The position numbers and the translations under genes are program-made. From the NCBI GenBank assembly GCA_035084275.1, contig CM068756.1:9176001-9240000 (forward strand): DNA of 64,000 bases, written 5' to 3'. Positions 12,546 to 25,679 of the stretch are shown in pieces. Numbering within the stretch: position 1 is the first letter of the stretch; each line of letters begins with the position of its first letter. This stretch comes from Hydrolagus colliei (Eukaryota). The notes beneath the pieces were generated by a model. That model did no database searches. It had not been told where the DNA came from and saw nothing but the letters and a program-made list of their open reading frames with translations.

Positions 12546-14178
12546 TTGTTAATCCCATAAAGGTGTTTTCTCTGTGTGTCTCTGAATTATGATTTGCACA
12601 CTGTTTTGAATTAAAGAGTGAATCTGGAATTGAACTTGGAAAATCTTGAATTAATGCAACACAGCTGGACTCCAGGGTGAATTTGAAGTTTGAACCAACA
12701 GATTTAGTCAATCGATGGTGTGAAGTCCCTCTTTGAAGTAGACCATGCATATCAAGGCCAAAAGGGATGTGTGCTTTATGATGTGTCTCTGTGGGCCAGT
12801 CTAAGTTCAAGCTCAGCTGTTAAATAAACAGAAAAGAACTCAAACCTGTAGTAGAATCCATTCGAGTGGTGCCCTGTTGAGTGGCTTGATTTTGTTTCTG
12901 TAAACAAGCTTTATGATTGTAAGTAGAAACCTCCACATTAATCTACTTAGATGTCTAGGGGACACATTGTCCTGGTGCAGGTTTGCAGATACTTTGAATT
13001 CACAAAAGACTGTTTATGTTTTGACCCAAACAATGCTTTTATAAATGAAATCCCTGAAAGCTATATCCAAAATTTCAGAAGTACTAAGCCTAGATTTTTA
13101 TATATGTCCATGAGCCACGGTGCTAATTTAAAATACTTTCTCCAATGTCATAAAACACATACAAAGAACAATAAAACAGAGAGATAAAAAGTCATTTACA
13201 ATGTGTCTGGAGTCCTATGACAATCTTGTGCATTCTTTTGTACAAATTCAACAGCAATACAAACATCATCAGTTCAAATTCCCGGGATGGAAATTCGAAC
13301 TTGAAGCACAATTACATCAACTGGGGAAGAATAAAGAAAGGAGAGTTTATTTACTCTTGTCAGGTTTGGAAGTAAAAATCTCTCACTTCTTCTTTGCTTT
13401 TATTTGGGGCTGGGAAGCAGGAGGTCCTCATTAGTCTGGGAGAAATGCCTGATGCACATCTCCCTCAGATTTAACCCATGAAAAGTCCACACAGCAAATC
13501 AGCAGATGAATTTGTTCACAATGCGTACCTCCAAATTCTCAGTTGTTGTTGTAAGAGTGGCCTCCACTGAAGCTACTCAGCTACAATAGTTATGTATCCG
13601 GTCTGTGGGTGTAACCACGATTTGATGGTCACACTCAACTATAAAGTCAAATTGAGAGAAAAATTTTTTTTTCGGAGAGAACTAGAGAGGGGCAGTTCAG
13701 ACAAACAAACTATTCTTCTTAACCGCATAATTTAAGATGTTCTGTTTCATCAGATGGCTCATTGGATTTTGAGGCTCTGGGGAAGCACATTCTGGTTTTA
13801 CCATCACAACCCAAAGTACACATGATCTCAGGGCTTTATAAAGTAGGACTTTAGAACTCAAATGGTTCTTAAACTGTTTTATAGTGGAGGCTGAATTGAA
13901 AGCCTGTGGTAATACATTCCAGGAACCAGGATAAATCAACATTATACAGTCATGACAACCATAAAAATGGTCTTTGCTGGAGGCAGGTTAAGATTCAAAG
14001 ATACAGTAGTTAATTTCTGATGGTATTAATGTATAAACTTAACATCTTCAAAAACTCCTTAAAATTTTTTTTCATGAGTTGTAAATGTGTCTAAGAATAA
14101 AACTGTGGAAAGGGATTTCAATTGTATCAAAGACCTGCTAGGCTAGGTTCAATGTGGATACTGCACTTAAAATATATC

Positions 14179-14287
14179 CATAGAATCATAGATATTTACA
14201 GGTCGGTGCTGACTCATTGAAAGAGCAATCTGTTCAGTCCCATTTACCTCTCTTATCGCCATATCCCTGCATGTCTCCACTTTCAAG
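14179..14287 (-). mobile_element. CR1 3' end
   Basis: CATAGAATCATAGA terminal octamer repeat, then AAAGAGCAATC..AGTCCCA..CCATATCCCTGCA. Confidence 0.65.
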
Positions 14288-14340
14288 CCTCCTTGACAAC
14301 TGAGACTGGCTGGTAAAATATCGACACTACTACTGAGTTT

Positions 14341-14389
14341 TGGGGACTAACTGGTCTTGTTCCGTTGTGTATTATTCTATGATTCTATG
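14341..14389 (+). mobile_element. CR1-type 3' tail
   Basis: TGGTCTTGTTCCGTTGTGTATTATTCTATGATTCTATG. Confidence 0.65.
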
Positions 14390-14429
14390 CTGTGAGCTTT
14401 GTCATATCTAGTTCCTCAATGCTAGTTGA

Positions 14430-14760
14430 CTCCAAAGGGTGCCTCGCTTCCCCCGAATGGGGGAAGCGAAGGATTTATTTTATATATGGTACTCATTTTA
14501 TTAACTTTGCTGAATGGACCCACCAGGATTTTGTCATTGTCCTTTAATGCGCGGCATGGTGTCAGATGACGTTTGCAAAAGCTTGGAAGATTGGGGTTGA
14601 TAGTGGATATTACTTTGTCCGTAATGCCTCTCGGTCCATGACTTTTTTTCAGTTTGAAGATGAACCGCTCAAAATATGTCACCATATTAAGTGCGAGTGT
14701 GACAGCTTCTGAAAGATTAACAACTCATGAGCAATTGATGATCGTTTTTCAGATCAGTCT
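14430..14760. promoter_or_regulatory. Candidate CNE beginning with a perfect 11-bp hairpin
   Basis: TCGCTTCCCCC-GAAT-GGGGGAAGCGA at 14444-14469. Many CpGs retained. CAGATGACGT 14563, TGACAG 14700. Confidence 0.45.
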
Positions 14761-15021
14761 TTATGATATATTTGTCATCTTCCAAGACACATCAGAACAT
14801 ACTGCAGTCTGGTTTGACTGGTGTGAGCTATTACTTTATAGTTACATGGAAGTCTATGAACAGCAGAGTGGAGAATGTGATGCGTTTGGAAAATTTGCAA
14901 TGTATTCTGTCAGTGATATGTGAATCTCCAGTTATGAAAATAATTCTCAGGATGTGACTAGGCAAACAGTTTTGCTGATCCAAACAGCACCTATAACGTT
15001 TTGGCAGTATTCCAACAAAAT

Positions 15022-15300
15022 CATAGGACCATAGGAAAATAAGAACAGAGGAGGCCATTCAGCCCATTGAGTTTGTTCCTCCTGTTTTAGATCTTGGTAG
15101 ATCTTTTAATCCAAATGCCTTGCCCTTTTGTCAAACCCCTTTATACCACTACTATCCAAACATCATACTGTCTCCCTTTTAAATACCCTCATCAATTCCC
15201 CTTTTAAAGCTTTCTGGGGGCAGAGCATTCCAATCTTCACAAACCTCTGTGTAAAGAAATGCTTCCTGACTTTAGCTTTAACTGTCTTTGCTTGATTTTA
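15022..15300 (-). mobile_element. CR1 LINE 3' end
   Basis: CATAGGACCATAGG..AACAGAGGAGGCCATTCAGCCCATTGAG..GGGCAGAGCATTCCA..CTCTGTGTAAAGAAATGCTTCCTGA. Confidence 0.8.
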
Positions 15301-17375
15301 TTCTCATGGGAGTTACGGTAGATAGAATAATAATCCAGATACAAAGTAACTGGACTGTTAACCGTGGTAGAAAAGTGAAACTATAGTAATTATAGGTTTG
15401 CTAAATATAATATAATAATTGACATTTGTTAACTGTTATAGGGCTGCAATTAGTTACTACTTTATTCTTTCCTGGGATAGCTTACAAACGATTTGTGCAG
15501 CAAAGGGCCAGTATGTGCTTCTGTGCCATGGTTGGGCAGTAGATTCTGACAAAATAGTTGGCAATGATGGAAGAAAGGCTTGGGTCCTTTGAGGAAATGT
15601 ATCTTATTTGAAACAATGATAGGAATAGTAACCAAAGGTCCGGAAGGAAAAATGGACAATTACCATTGATTTTATCACTTTTGTTACCATTTGGCATTTT
15701 GGTTGTCATGTACTTTGCATATTGGTCTGACATTTACTGTTTGTTTGCTGGCTCCACAGCTTCCAATCAGCCTTATCTATTGCACTGTATTTTTCATGTA
15801 TTTGCTGGTTGTTTCAATAGAATCACTTCACCAACCCCTTCAGAAATCTCAGTCCCCCTGGACTGGCCTGCCTGTTTAACATATTCTGCTTCCTCATCAC
15901 AATGCTAAAACAAACGTTGATTTGTGAGACTCAAATTTCTTACTAAGGAATGCAGTTAAGGAAAACTGCAAATTAAATCTGATAGTTCCTTTTTTAAATG
16001 ATTTAAGCTCTTTCAATTCCCACTGGGTGTAGATGCCTGGGGTTTGGGGGCCTATCATTTGTTCCAATGAATTGTTTCACTATTATAGGAAATTTGGTCC
16101 CCCCTTGAAGTAATGCTTACATGATATGTGTGGTTTTGAATGTCATTTTCCTACATCTACCACAAGCAAAAACTAAGTCCCACTCATTAATAAAGGTCAA
16201 GTGGTTTGTTTCCAGTTGTTAAACTGTTTAATTTTCATTATTACATCTTGTGCTTAGTAAGATGGCTCAACCTGTCACTGGTGGTAAATGAACAATTGCA
16301 TTTTAATAATTTGGTGATACTGTAACTATGAGTAATAGGTCAACATTCCAGACATTACTGTTTATTCATAGTAACAAATGGGTTAATTCATCTATACTTC
16401 ATAACAGAAATTTAAAATGTATCCCTTTCGCTCTCATATTCTTGACTCTCTGGGATACAGATCCAAGTATATTAGATATTCTATGATATCTTATCTTCAC
16501 TTGCATCAGTAATCACTGCAGATTATCTTTTCTGCCAAATGTTGAATTCCTTGGATTGGTAGCAATTCAAACTACATTGTGGAGCTGTGGGAGCTAAGAT
16601 CATTTTCACAGGGAATGCCTTATTTTTGTAAAACATGTTTACTTACAGAATTGTCTTTGACCCTGAAAGCATGTCTTGTGAAATGCTTGTAGACCATCAG
16701 AGACAGTGTTTTTAATCAACAACAACAACTTTCATTTATAAAGCTGGCCTTATTAGCAAAATAAAATGTTTCATGGTTTATCTATTCCGTCCAAAAATAG
16801 GAGAACATTGTATGTGTTTGGGGAAATAGGTGGGAAATTTAACATTAAAACCTTCCTGGTACCAAATGTACTCCCCTAGTATATTTGGTGAAGATAGAGA
16901 TTTATTTGGGATCAATATATCATGAATGCACATTTCCAGAACCAGTTTACCTATGCTTGCATCTCATTGTACTAGTATTCCCAGAACTTGCAGTGCAAGA
17001 ATACAAGTTTTTGGGTGCACATCAATATCATACTGGGTAATGGAGACAGGGCAATCAAATAGGAATAAAATGATTGTTCTTGAGGAGGCTGGCAAAGAAA
17101 TGATGGGCCGAAATTTCTACAGTTCTATGTTTCTGACATGGATATCGAAAACTAAATTGGCAAAGCTGTTTTGTAAAATGGTAAATTCAAGTGAAAATTG
17201 TTTCTTTTACTTATTGATTTTCAGCGTAAAAGTTATTAATTAGTTTTTTTTTGAATGGCTCTTAAAATAGTCCATGGCTCCAAAGCCATGATTGATGGTG
17301 TAAAAGTAGAACACAACATGCGTTTACACTAATCACTATGATTATTTAGGAATGCTGCATTTCAGTGTGTAGTTT

Positions 17376-17474
17376 GAAGGGAGATTCTTCTCATGTCTTG
17401 GCCAACAATTCTTCAGATAAAATTGGTCATTCACTTTGTGGCTGTTTGTGGGATGTTGCTGTGTGTGCACAAAT
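17376..17474 (+). mobile_element. Deu-domain SINE fragment
   Basis: TGTCTTGGCCAACAATT..TGGTCATTCACTTTGTGGCTGTTTGTGGGATGTTGCTGTGTG. Confidence 0.7.
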
Positions 17475-18004
17475 GTATACATTAATAAAGCAGTACTCTA
17501 TTACATCCTTCATAGTGCCCACAGTATAGTGTCCACAAATCAGTCCTTCCATAGTCAAAGTTAGACTGGTTTGAACACTGAACAGGGTTAGAGCTGGCTG
17601 TTCAAGCCAATGGCAAGGAATATTTTCTGTTTAAAATGGATATCTGTGAATTAAAAGTAAAAAATATTATCTGAATGTAATCTTAAAATTTCTTTGAATT
17701 GCCATTTCCACTTAAAGATAAAATGAATGGACACTAGCATGATGTTGATTGGATCCTATTAGAAATGATTTGGTTTTCTGTGTGTATTTAGTGTCACATT
17801 CACATTCAACCGCTGTGAAATTTTAGCCATGTCGTTACTTAAATTCTTTTCAAACGTCTTTGCAAGGCTTGTGGGTGTAGAGTACAACCAAGTCATCTGT
17901 GTCTAATTTGATTTGGAATATATACTTGTATCTGTGTAAACTTTAGAATGAGCACAAAACGTATGAGGTCTTAAATGCAATGGGATTTGCAAAGTGATCC
18001 TAAT

Positions 18005-18110
18005 GGGGGACGCCTGGTAATCGGAAGTACGTCACGCTGATTCCCAGGAACTCTGCTCAAAAAATAGATTGCTTCGGAGCGTTTTTCTTAGCTAAAGAAT
18101 CCCATTTGAA
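18005..18110. promoter_or_regulatory. Small CpG-rich motif cluster (ETS/CRE-like + STAT)
   Basis: CGGAAGTACGTCAC 18022-18035 and TTCCCAGGAA 18041-18050. Confidence 0.3.
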
Positions 18111-20699
18111 ATCATCCAATTTTTAGACTTCACAAACCCAATTCATGTCCTGCACACTATTCAAAGTTATGTTGATCCATTTAACGCAACATCATCAGCA
18201 GCACTATGGACATGGTGCATCAAGGAGCAGGGGCTTTCTTTTATAATTCTTCAAAGGGCAAGTTTCTAATAATAGCTGGTGAGTTTTTAACAAAATAATT
18301 TTAATCACTGGGGTGGCACTGAATGGACTGGGAGCTGTGTATCAGGGAAGACTGATTAAAAAAAGGGAAACGTTTCCTTAAGGGAATGAAATCAGATTGT
18401 ATGTCAACCTTTCTCTACCCTTCCACGTTTGCTGGCTACAAGTTGCTCCTTCTAACCAAGGAATAGTGCATGGTAAGGACGGCTCTAAAGTATTCAGGAA
18501 ATTACATATTTGAAATGTGGGAAATAAACATCATATTCCTGCATTTGTTTCCTGTTCTGAATCAATGGTTCCTGACAGATACGTGACAGATCTTTATGCA
18601 CAAGTTCAGGTGGTGTCACATGAAGAAGCATCATAGTCAAACCCAATCTGTGAAGCATTTTGAGACACCTACCCTCCTGGCATGAAAATGACAAAAAAAA
18701 GTATAACGTTGTTGCTGTTATAGCTATACACTGTCCAGGAAGAATCATTGGATGAACGAGAACCTTGGCTGCTAATTATATGATTGACTTATTTCTTTAT
18801 GTTCCATTCTTTGAGAATCTAATCTTCTGAGGTTTACTATGCCAGAAAAATCTTTGTTATGTAAAGAAATATTACAATGAATATTGATTTTTACTTGAAT
18901 CACCAGGTTTGTTCTGTGGTTCACAAATGATTGACAGTATCCATATTCCAATAGATATCTGTTACCATGTTTATAGTGAATGTTCTTGCAAATAGCAAAA
19001 CAAGAGATGTTACTTTTGAGCTAATTGCACGTTCTAACAAGAAGGATCTGAGGCAGCCAAGTTTACATTGGCAAAGTTTCTTCTCTTGGTTCATCTTAGG
19101 CTGTAGGCACAAGAGTGTCTATCAACACCTTCACTTATCAGGCCGTTCAAAAAATGAGGGCCCTACCCATGTCTTACCAAAATATAACCACTGTTTGAAT
19201 AACACCTATATTCTATCTGAAAGGCAGTTACACATCAAATCTTTTTGACCACTCAAACTGTAGGCTTTGGGGAGAATGTAAAGGGACTAAGTACAAAGTA
19301 CTCCCATGATTATTTGTATCTCTTCAATGCTACTCCCATGTGTTATCACTACTTAGGCTATGATTCTGAACGGTAAAATGTATTTATTAGATTAAAATGC
19401 ACCACTAAATGCACCTTTCATGGGATGTATTATAAATACATATTGACCAGTTCTGTTCTCTTGACCCTAGTTGCATTTCTAGATGGCCTTTATTGAACTA
19501 GCTCCTTCATCAGATTTCTCTTAATAGATTAAAGATCTATAAAAATCAATTCAAATCAGTTCAAATGTGTTTGAAAATTGAACTGAATTGTTTTTAAACC
19601 GAACTGACCCAAATTATAGAAAATAAGATAGGTTAAAGTACCGAAATTATAAAGATGTGAGGATGTAGAAAAAAAAACTTGATTAAGAGTAAGAATGTGC
19701 AGAGAATGCAGAAATCAGGGACAGGGCAGGGTCTGCAGTCTTCAATGGCAGGAAAGTGATTTGAAAAAAAGATATTGTTTCAAGACTAACATGCACCTGG
19801 AATAAATTCTGGATGATTTATCTATACTGGTTTGACCTCTCCTTACTCTGGTATTGAATCAGGAGCAGAAATTGTAGCATTGACTGACCCTAAGCATTTA
19901 CTTACATTAATCACAAGCCTTTTTCTTTTTTAGCACACCCAGTGAAAGACACTTTCCTTAGGCGATATTGATCAAAAAGTCAAATGTTTATGCCAGGTAT
20001 CTGTACATCAACGCACATTAATCAACTGCTACGCATTATCAGCCACAATGGCAGGATATGCAAACGAGATGGTGCCACCGATAAGGAGGAGTGCATAGAT
20101 TCCTGGGACTTGACTGTCTGGTGTGAATGCTCAAATAGTTTCTGCCGTGATAATAGATTTTATTAGGTATTATTAGGATTTTCATGTCTGCTTCAAAGAT
20201 TGAAGGTGAAATAAATGTTTCTTCTCATTAAGTTCTCTGTTCAATGGAGGATGCGTAACTATTGCGTGAGCAAGCTGTTCTAATGAATCATAGGGTGAAA
20301 AACAAACATTCCAAGGCTGTTACACAAGTCATGTTTAGATCTCCTGGATATAAGTATGTTGCTGAATTTGATTCCTGCCATGGTTGTATGGGTGGAGGTT
20401 TCCTCTGAATAAATGTATTTGTTTTTAATGAGAGGTTTTCATATCTTGTACACCATTGATGAAGTGGAATGGGACCCAACAGGGCTGAGTATCCCAGTTA
20501 GACAGATTCTGTGTTGTTAATCAGGTTCTAATTAGCCTGAAGTTAGACAGTCAATGCTGCTATGACATCTTGTGAGACACTCTGCCCTGCCTCACCCCAA
20601 ATAATCTTGCATTTTATGTGCTATTGAATTCAGTGCATGTTTTAATGGTTTCGGAGACATTTTCTTTGCCTATGTGTTAAATATACAATGGGGTATAGT

Positions 20700-21000
20700 G
20701 TACAGCAATTGTTAACGTGATACCTTCATAAGGAAATCAAAAACATGTCACACTGTCCCATGGGAATTCTGGTTGAAAGGAGATTGTACCATAGTCAAGT
20801 TCCGTCGTTGTCAGCGTGATGCAATTTCGGTTTCTTTATTAAGGAATCCCATTAGAAATCACCACATGATACAATCCAATGTCCATCAGATCAAATATTT
20901 ATCAGCACAACCTCAGCATTGCAGCCTTTTTTGCTCATCGGTGACGGTCAATAATGGGGTGCTTTACTAAAAAACGTGCTGCACAGCTCCTTCGCATTTG
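20700..21000. promoter_or_regulatory. Candidate CNE
   Basis: Unique, CpG-retaining block (TTAACGTGA, CCGTCGTTGTCAGCGTGA, CATCGGTGACGGTCAATAAT) with no open exon-like frame. Confidence 0.35.
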
Positions 21001-21218
21001 GTTTTAGAAGGAAAGAATTACACTTTGCCCTAGCTATCATTTTAAAATATATTTTAGAAGTTTGCAGACCACAAAGACATCTTGTAAACACAGTCATGAA
21101 GGATACATTGAAGAAGAAAGAATGTGTAGTTAGTTTCTAAAAAATCTGACATTTCTGAAAATTCTAAACCTGTACTATTTTTTGTGGTCAGCTGGGTGTC
21201 TGACACATGCAGACGCAG

Positions 21219-21283
21219 CAACAATAACAACTTACATTTATATAGCGCCGTTCATGCGGGGTAATGTCTGGAGTGCTTCACAG
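21219..21283 (-). mobile_element. L2 3' tail
   Basis: CAACAATAACAACTTACATTTATATAGCGCC..GTGCTTCACAG. Confidence 0.7.
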
Positions 21284-21650
21284 TGACAAATAGTTGGTAA
21301 ACTAAAATGGGAGAAACATATAGATATGCCATCTAGAATATGGAAGTAACCTGGTGATAGGAATGTGGAGGGACCAAATCTGTACAGGAATATGTAATTC
21401 CAGAAAATATTAGAGCTGGTTGGCAGGAGCCAAGGCTTGGGTGTGTGTTTAGGATACTTACTGCTGGAGTTTAACCAGCAAAGACTCCCTAGCCTGGCAT
21501 TGAGAGCACTGTCTGGCAAGCTTTCGACTGTTGTTCAGCTCACATCACCCTTCCCGTTGGGACTTTTGTAGGTTTATCAGTAGCCGAGTGGGAAGAATCC
21601 ATACCCTCAGTGACACTCCAAGTCCTGCAAACAAATCAAAAAGGATATAC

Positions 21651-21714
21651 AAAAACACAAAAAACTGCAGATGCTGGAAATCTGAAACAAAACAGAAATC
21701 GCTGGGAACACTCA
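21651..21714 (+). mobile_element. Chondrichthyan Penelope-like repeat end fragment
   Basis: AAAACTGCAGATGCTGGAAATCTGAAACAAAACAGAAATCGCTGGGAACACTCA matches an abundant shark/ray repeat, recognised from memory. Confidence 0.55.
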
Positions 21715-22904
21715 CACTATTAATGAATTCCAATGCATTTCAAAATTGCATAATTTCTGTGTGGCACAAGATATAAAGTGCATTCCTAACTAAGCAGTTC
21801 TCCTATAGAGAGGAATTAAATCCTAGTTCAAATGGGTCTTAATTTTAGAGCATAAAAAGTAAAGGAAAACCAGTACTGAGCTTAATGGATTCCATTCAAC
21901 CACTTAATTATTTTAATTGATGTTTTCCTATGTGTGCAATTGCCAATGAAAATTGTGAGTTAGTAATGATGTCTAGAGTTGATTGTTCACTAAAGAATTA
22001 AACACTAGCATAAAGGTTAGTTCTATCCTTAGGTTGTTAAAATATTATAGTTTACAGGGGTAATTTTGATTGTTTTTTCAAAAAGGATTCTGTAACTATT
22101 CTGCATCTCTTTTAATCTTTGTGCAGAAATTTCTGATTACATTTTAAATCAGAGCACTCATGAAAAGTTTAAAAATTGTGCATTTTACAAAATGTATCCA
22201 AGATCAATGTTAAACACAGTTGGGCGTGTTATGTATCCTTCTATACAGCTCAAAATTCTGTGCAATTCTGCAGATGTGATATTCAATATTTTAATGTATA
22301 TTAAACATTATGAAAATAAAATGAGATTACCTTTTCCACACCAGCCGAAATAATGCCCAAACTCCAAATTGTGTTAGCACAAATCCACTCTGGCAGTTAT
22401 GGAGGAAATACTGCAGCATGGAATGATATTAATCTTCCAATGCACTGCTTAGTGTGGTGACTATACTCCAGGGAGCAGGGGAGGAAGGTACGCTGGGTTA
22501 CTTTAGTGCCGAGTTGGCTCCGAGCGACATATCTGGCAATGGAACATTACAATCAAGTTGATCCTCTGTGGCAGTAAGATACTTGAGCCAGGCAGGTCTG
22601 CAATACTCCAGGGCATGGTTGATCATGAACCAACAGCCTGGCTTGTTGTCAGGAGTTGAAGGAGCTGACCAGTCACTGGAGAAGGGTGAGGGAGAGACTT
22701 GGATTCTTCCCTCTGCTCCAGATCCAAGCTAGTTCTGCAACTCAAAGCCCAACTAGACAAGAGGCTTTACAGTGTTCTAACGGTGCCGTTTTAGCTGGTT
22801 CAACTTCAGGTATGTGAAGCCTCTTCTATAATAATACTTGATTTTTAAATTATTAATAATAAAATAATAATATTTCCATTTAATAATTTGTTTTATTATG
22901 AATA

Positions 22905-23000
22905 AAATAATTTGGCACCTTATCACGTCTTCGAGACATCTCAAAGCGCTTCACAGAATATTTTGCAAAGTGCAGTGACTGTGTATTTTGTGGGCAAAAT
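22905..23000 (-). mobile_element. SINE 3' fragment
   Basis: CACGTCTTCGAGACATCTCAAAGCGCTTCACAGAATATTTTGCAAAGTGCAGTGACTGTGTATTTTGTGGGCAAAA. Confidence 0.8.
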
Positions 23001-23991
23001 ACACATCCTTCTCTTGACAACCTGCAATTGTTTACATTTAGATAGGCCTCGAGCATGCCTTGAGGAAGAGAGGAAGCACTTCATACCAGATAAACAGTAG
23101 TTGTTTGGTTTGGAGACTGTTAAAAAACTAATAAGCTAACCGTGTGTAAGATACTTGGCTGATGCCCAAAAAGGTGTTGAATTGGAATTGAGTTGCCAGG
23201 GGCAGGAAGTGCTTCAATTGCCTTTTCCATTAACTCATTTAGTGGAGACTTTAATTGACTATGAAAATATTGACAGTGTATGCCCAATGTCTTCGCCCTT
23301 CCGTATATCGACTGATTCTCTTCCCCCTGTAATAGTCTTAACAATCTTCATGCTCACTAATGCCAGGTTAAATCTTGTGTTAAATATTTTTTGATATTTT
23401 CTCAGCTGTGCAATTTTGTAAGAGTTTCCCCTTAAGGTTCCTTAAACCAAGCTTAATTGTCTTTTTTTTTTATCCTCCAGCTCTCCTTTGACAAAACAAT
23501 ATTTTACTCCAGCTGTTGAGGAGTAGGGAATTCTAGTGTGTTGGGCTAAATATAGACAATTTGTCCACTTGCATGATCTCCTAACATTCCACCCCAGTTC
23601 AGAGACATTGAGATTGCTGCTGAAGTTAGAGACCACAGGAATTATGGGGCCAGTGTGACAAAAAGCATAGGAGATTGAAAGCCATGGACAGAATTAACCA
23701 CAGAAGCCTCTGCTGTTCGCAACCTATTGTTTTTAGTCAGTGCAAAGGAGGACATGAATGAGCACATTGTGACTGTGTATTGTGTTTTATGATAGTTCAA
23801 ACAATGGTAAGAATCAAAAAATGGCTTGGTTCAGAAATAATCTGTAAATCAACAATCTATTTTCATGCAATTTGAGTGGCATGCAAAGATATATTATGTT
23901 GGTATAACCTTATTATAATTGAGCCCCCTTTTCTGTCTGATTGTATGAGTTTGGGTCATGTTGATGAAACTGCAGTCTGAACTGTGAAATG

Positions 23992-24196
23992 AACAATAAT
24001 GTGCCTTTATATCGTACCTTCGAGTAAAGATAACATCTTGGAGATTTTCACAGACGTACAGTATCAGATGCTACCCAGGAGTGATAAGAGTTGTTGGTAG
24101 ATATAGTCGAAGGTTTTTTTTACACAGGATTTGAATGATAGATAGTGAAGGGATGAGATGGAGAGGTGAAGGGAGGGTGTTCCAGAAGACATGGGC
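23992..24196 (-). mobile_element. Old L2 3' end
   Basis: AACAATAATGTGCCTTTATATC tail and purine-rich GAGATGGAGAGGTGAAGGGAGGGTGTTCCAGA. Confidence 0.55.
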
Positions 24197-24429
24197 ATTG
24201 AGGTCATCAATTTCTACAGAATAACAATAACAGTTGCTTCAATCTGTCAAATGAGATGCAGGATTTTACTTAAATAACAAAAATGTTTAAAAAGAATCTG
24301 TGATTCGACCAACAAAAAAGGAGGTGGATATTATTGAGGTATTCCAGATAGTGATGACCTGCATCATTTATTCATGACTGTGTTATTTATCCGCTATGAT
24401 ACAGTTCACAGTTCTCTGAAACATTAATG

Positions 24430-24450
24430 TCTCTCTCTCTCTCTCTCTCT
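24430..24450 (+). repeat. (TC)n microsatellite
   Basis: About 10 perfect TC units. Confidence 0.95.
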
Positions 24451-24832
24451 GATGTGCCTTCAACACCAGACTTTGCATGTATTTATGCATAACAAATGTT
24501 GAGTTACCTTTTGCATGCCATACCTTGGGGTACCAATCACTTTAAAGAGAATAGACATTAGCCACAAACAACATTATGTGAACTGGAGCATTATAACCAT
24601 CTAGGTAGGAACAAAAATGTTTTTCAGAAGTAATTTGTTATGGTTTTAGAAGCCAGCTGGTTAATGTGTACTGTCTCCAAAGCCAAGGTCACTCTTTTGC
24701 CAAGTAAAACTGTGTCTCCACTTTGCAATGTGAAGGAATGAATTTATAGACAGTAACCGTATTACTGGAAATGACTTTCTCCTCGGTAAATTATATGTGC
24801 TGTTCAATAATGTGAACAACAACCACAAAAGG

Positions 24833-24867
24833 ATTCTGGAAGAGAATGAAATTCTGGAAGAGAATGA
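24833..24867 (+). repeat. Tandem duplication, period 18
   Basis: ATTCTGGAAGAGAATGA at 24833-24849 and 24851-24867. Confidence 0.95.
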
Positions 24868-25224
24868 GACTTCGATCGTGTGTTTTGCAACTTTGGCTTT
24901 AAAAAATTATAGTGGTGAAAAATGTGATGCTTCATAACCCAATTCAATGTGATAAATATAATTACTGTACAACATGTATAGCAGAAAGGATTGAAAATGT
25001 TTATTTGTTTACAAATTTTTATTGAATTTTTTAAATCTGACCCTAATGAATTATAAGAATTGGAGCATGCTCAGTTAATGAACTATCCATGTTTGAAAGA
25101 GGATCATTAGATCTTGTTATCTTTATTGTTCATGCTTGTGTTCACACTTTCCAGAAGTTATTTAGAGATAAAGAGTCCCAAAGATAATTTTTGTTTGTTA
25201 ATCTGCTGCACTTCACATGAAACA

Positions 25225-25460
25225 CAGGTAGAGATTATGATTTATAATTTGTGGTGCATTTTACACTGCACTGTCTGTCTCCGCCATGATCTGAAGTGTT
25301 TACCTGCTCTGCTGAGCATATTGCCTGGTATGGATCCTTTGAATATTGAGTGCATTAATCATGTAATCTCATGCCATGTGGCGGTCAGTCATCTGGTACA
25401 GTGCATAACATCATATATGAGTAATTAAATGGTAATAATATTCAAGGTGCAAAATTAAAA
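25225..25460. promoter_or_regulatory. Candidate CNE
   Basis: TGATTTAT (Pbx-Hox type) at 25238, plus TGTTTAC, GCATTAATCA, CATCTG and GTAATTAAAT in unique sequence. Confidence 0.4.
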
Positions 25461-25466
25461 TTTAAG

Positions 25467-25679
25467 TAATAATCCCTGCTTTTATTGCAGCTCATTTTAC
25501 ATTGGGAGGATATCTCAAAGTGCTTCACAGGAATTTATTATAAAGTGTAGTGGCTATGTATTTTGTTGGTGAACGTGGCAGCCAATTTGCACACAATGTC
25601 CCACAAATAGTGTTGAAGTGAATGATCCCTTCTATCTGGGAGATTGTTGACCAGGACATTGGGAGAAACTCCCTTCTCT
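25467..25679 (-). mobile_element. Old Deu-domain SINE
   Basis: ATCTCAAAGTGCTTCACAG..GGCAGCCAATTTGCACAC..TCCCACAAA..CCAGGACATTGGGAGAAACTCCCT. Confidence 0.8.
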
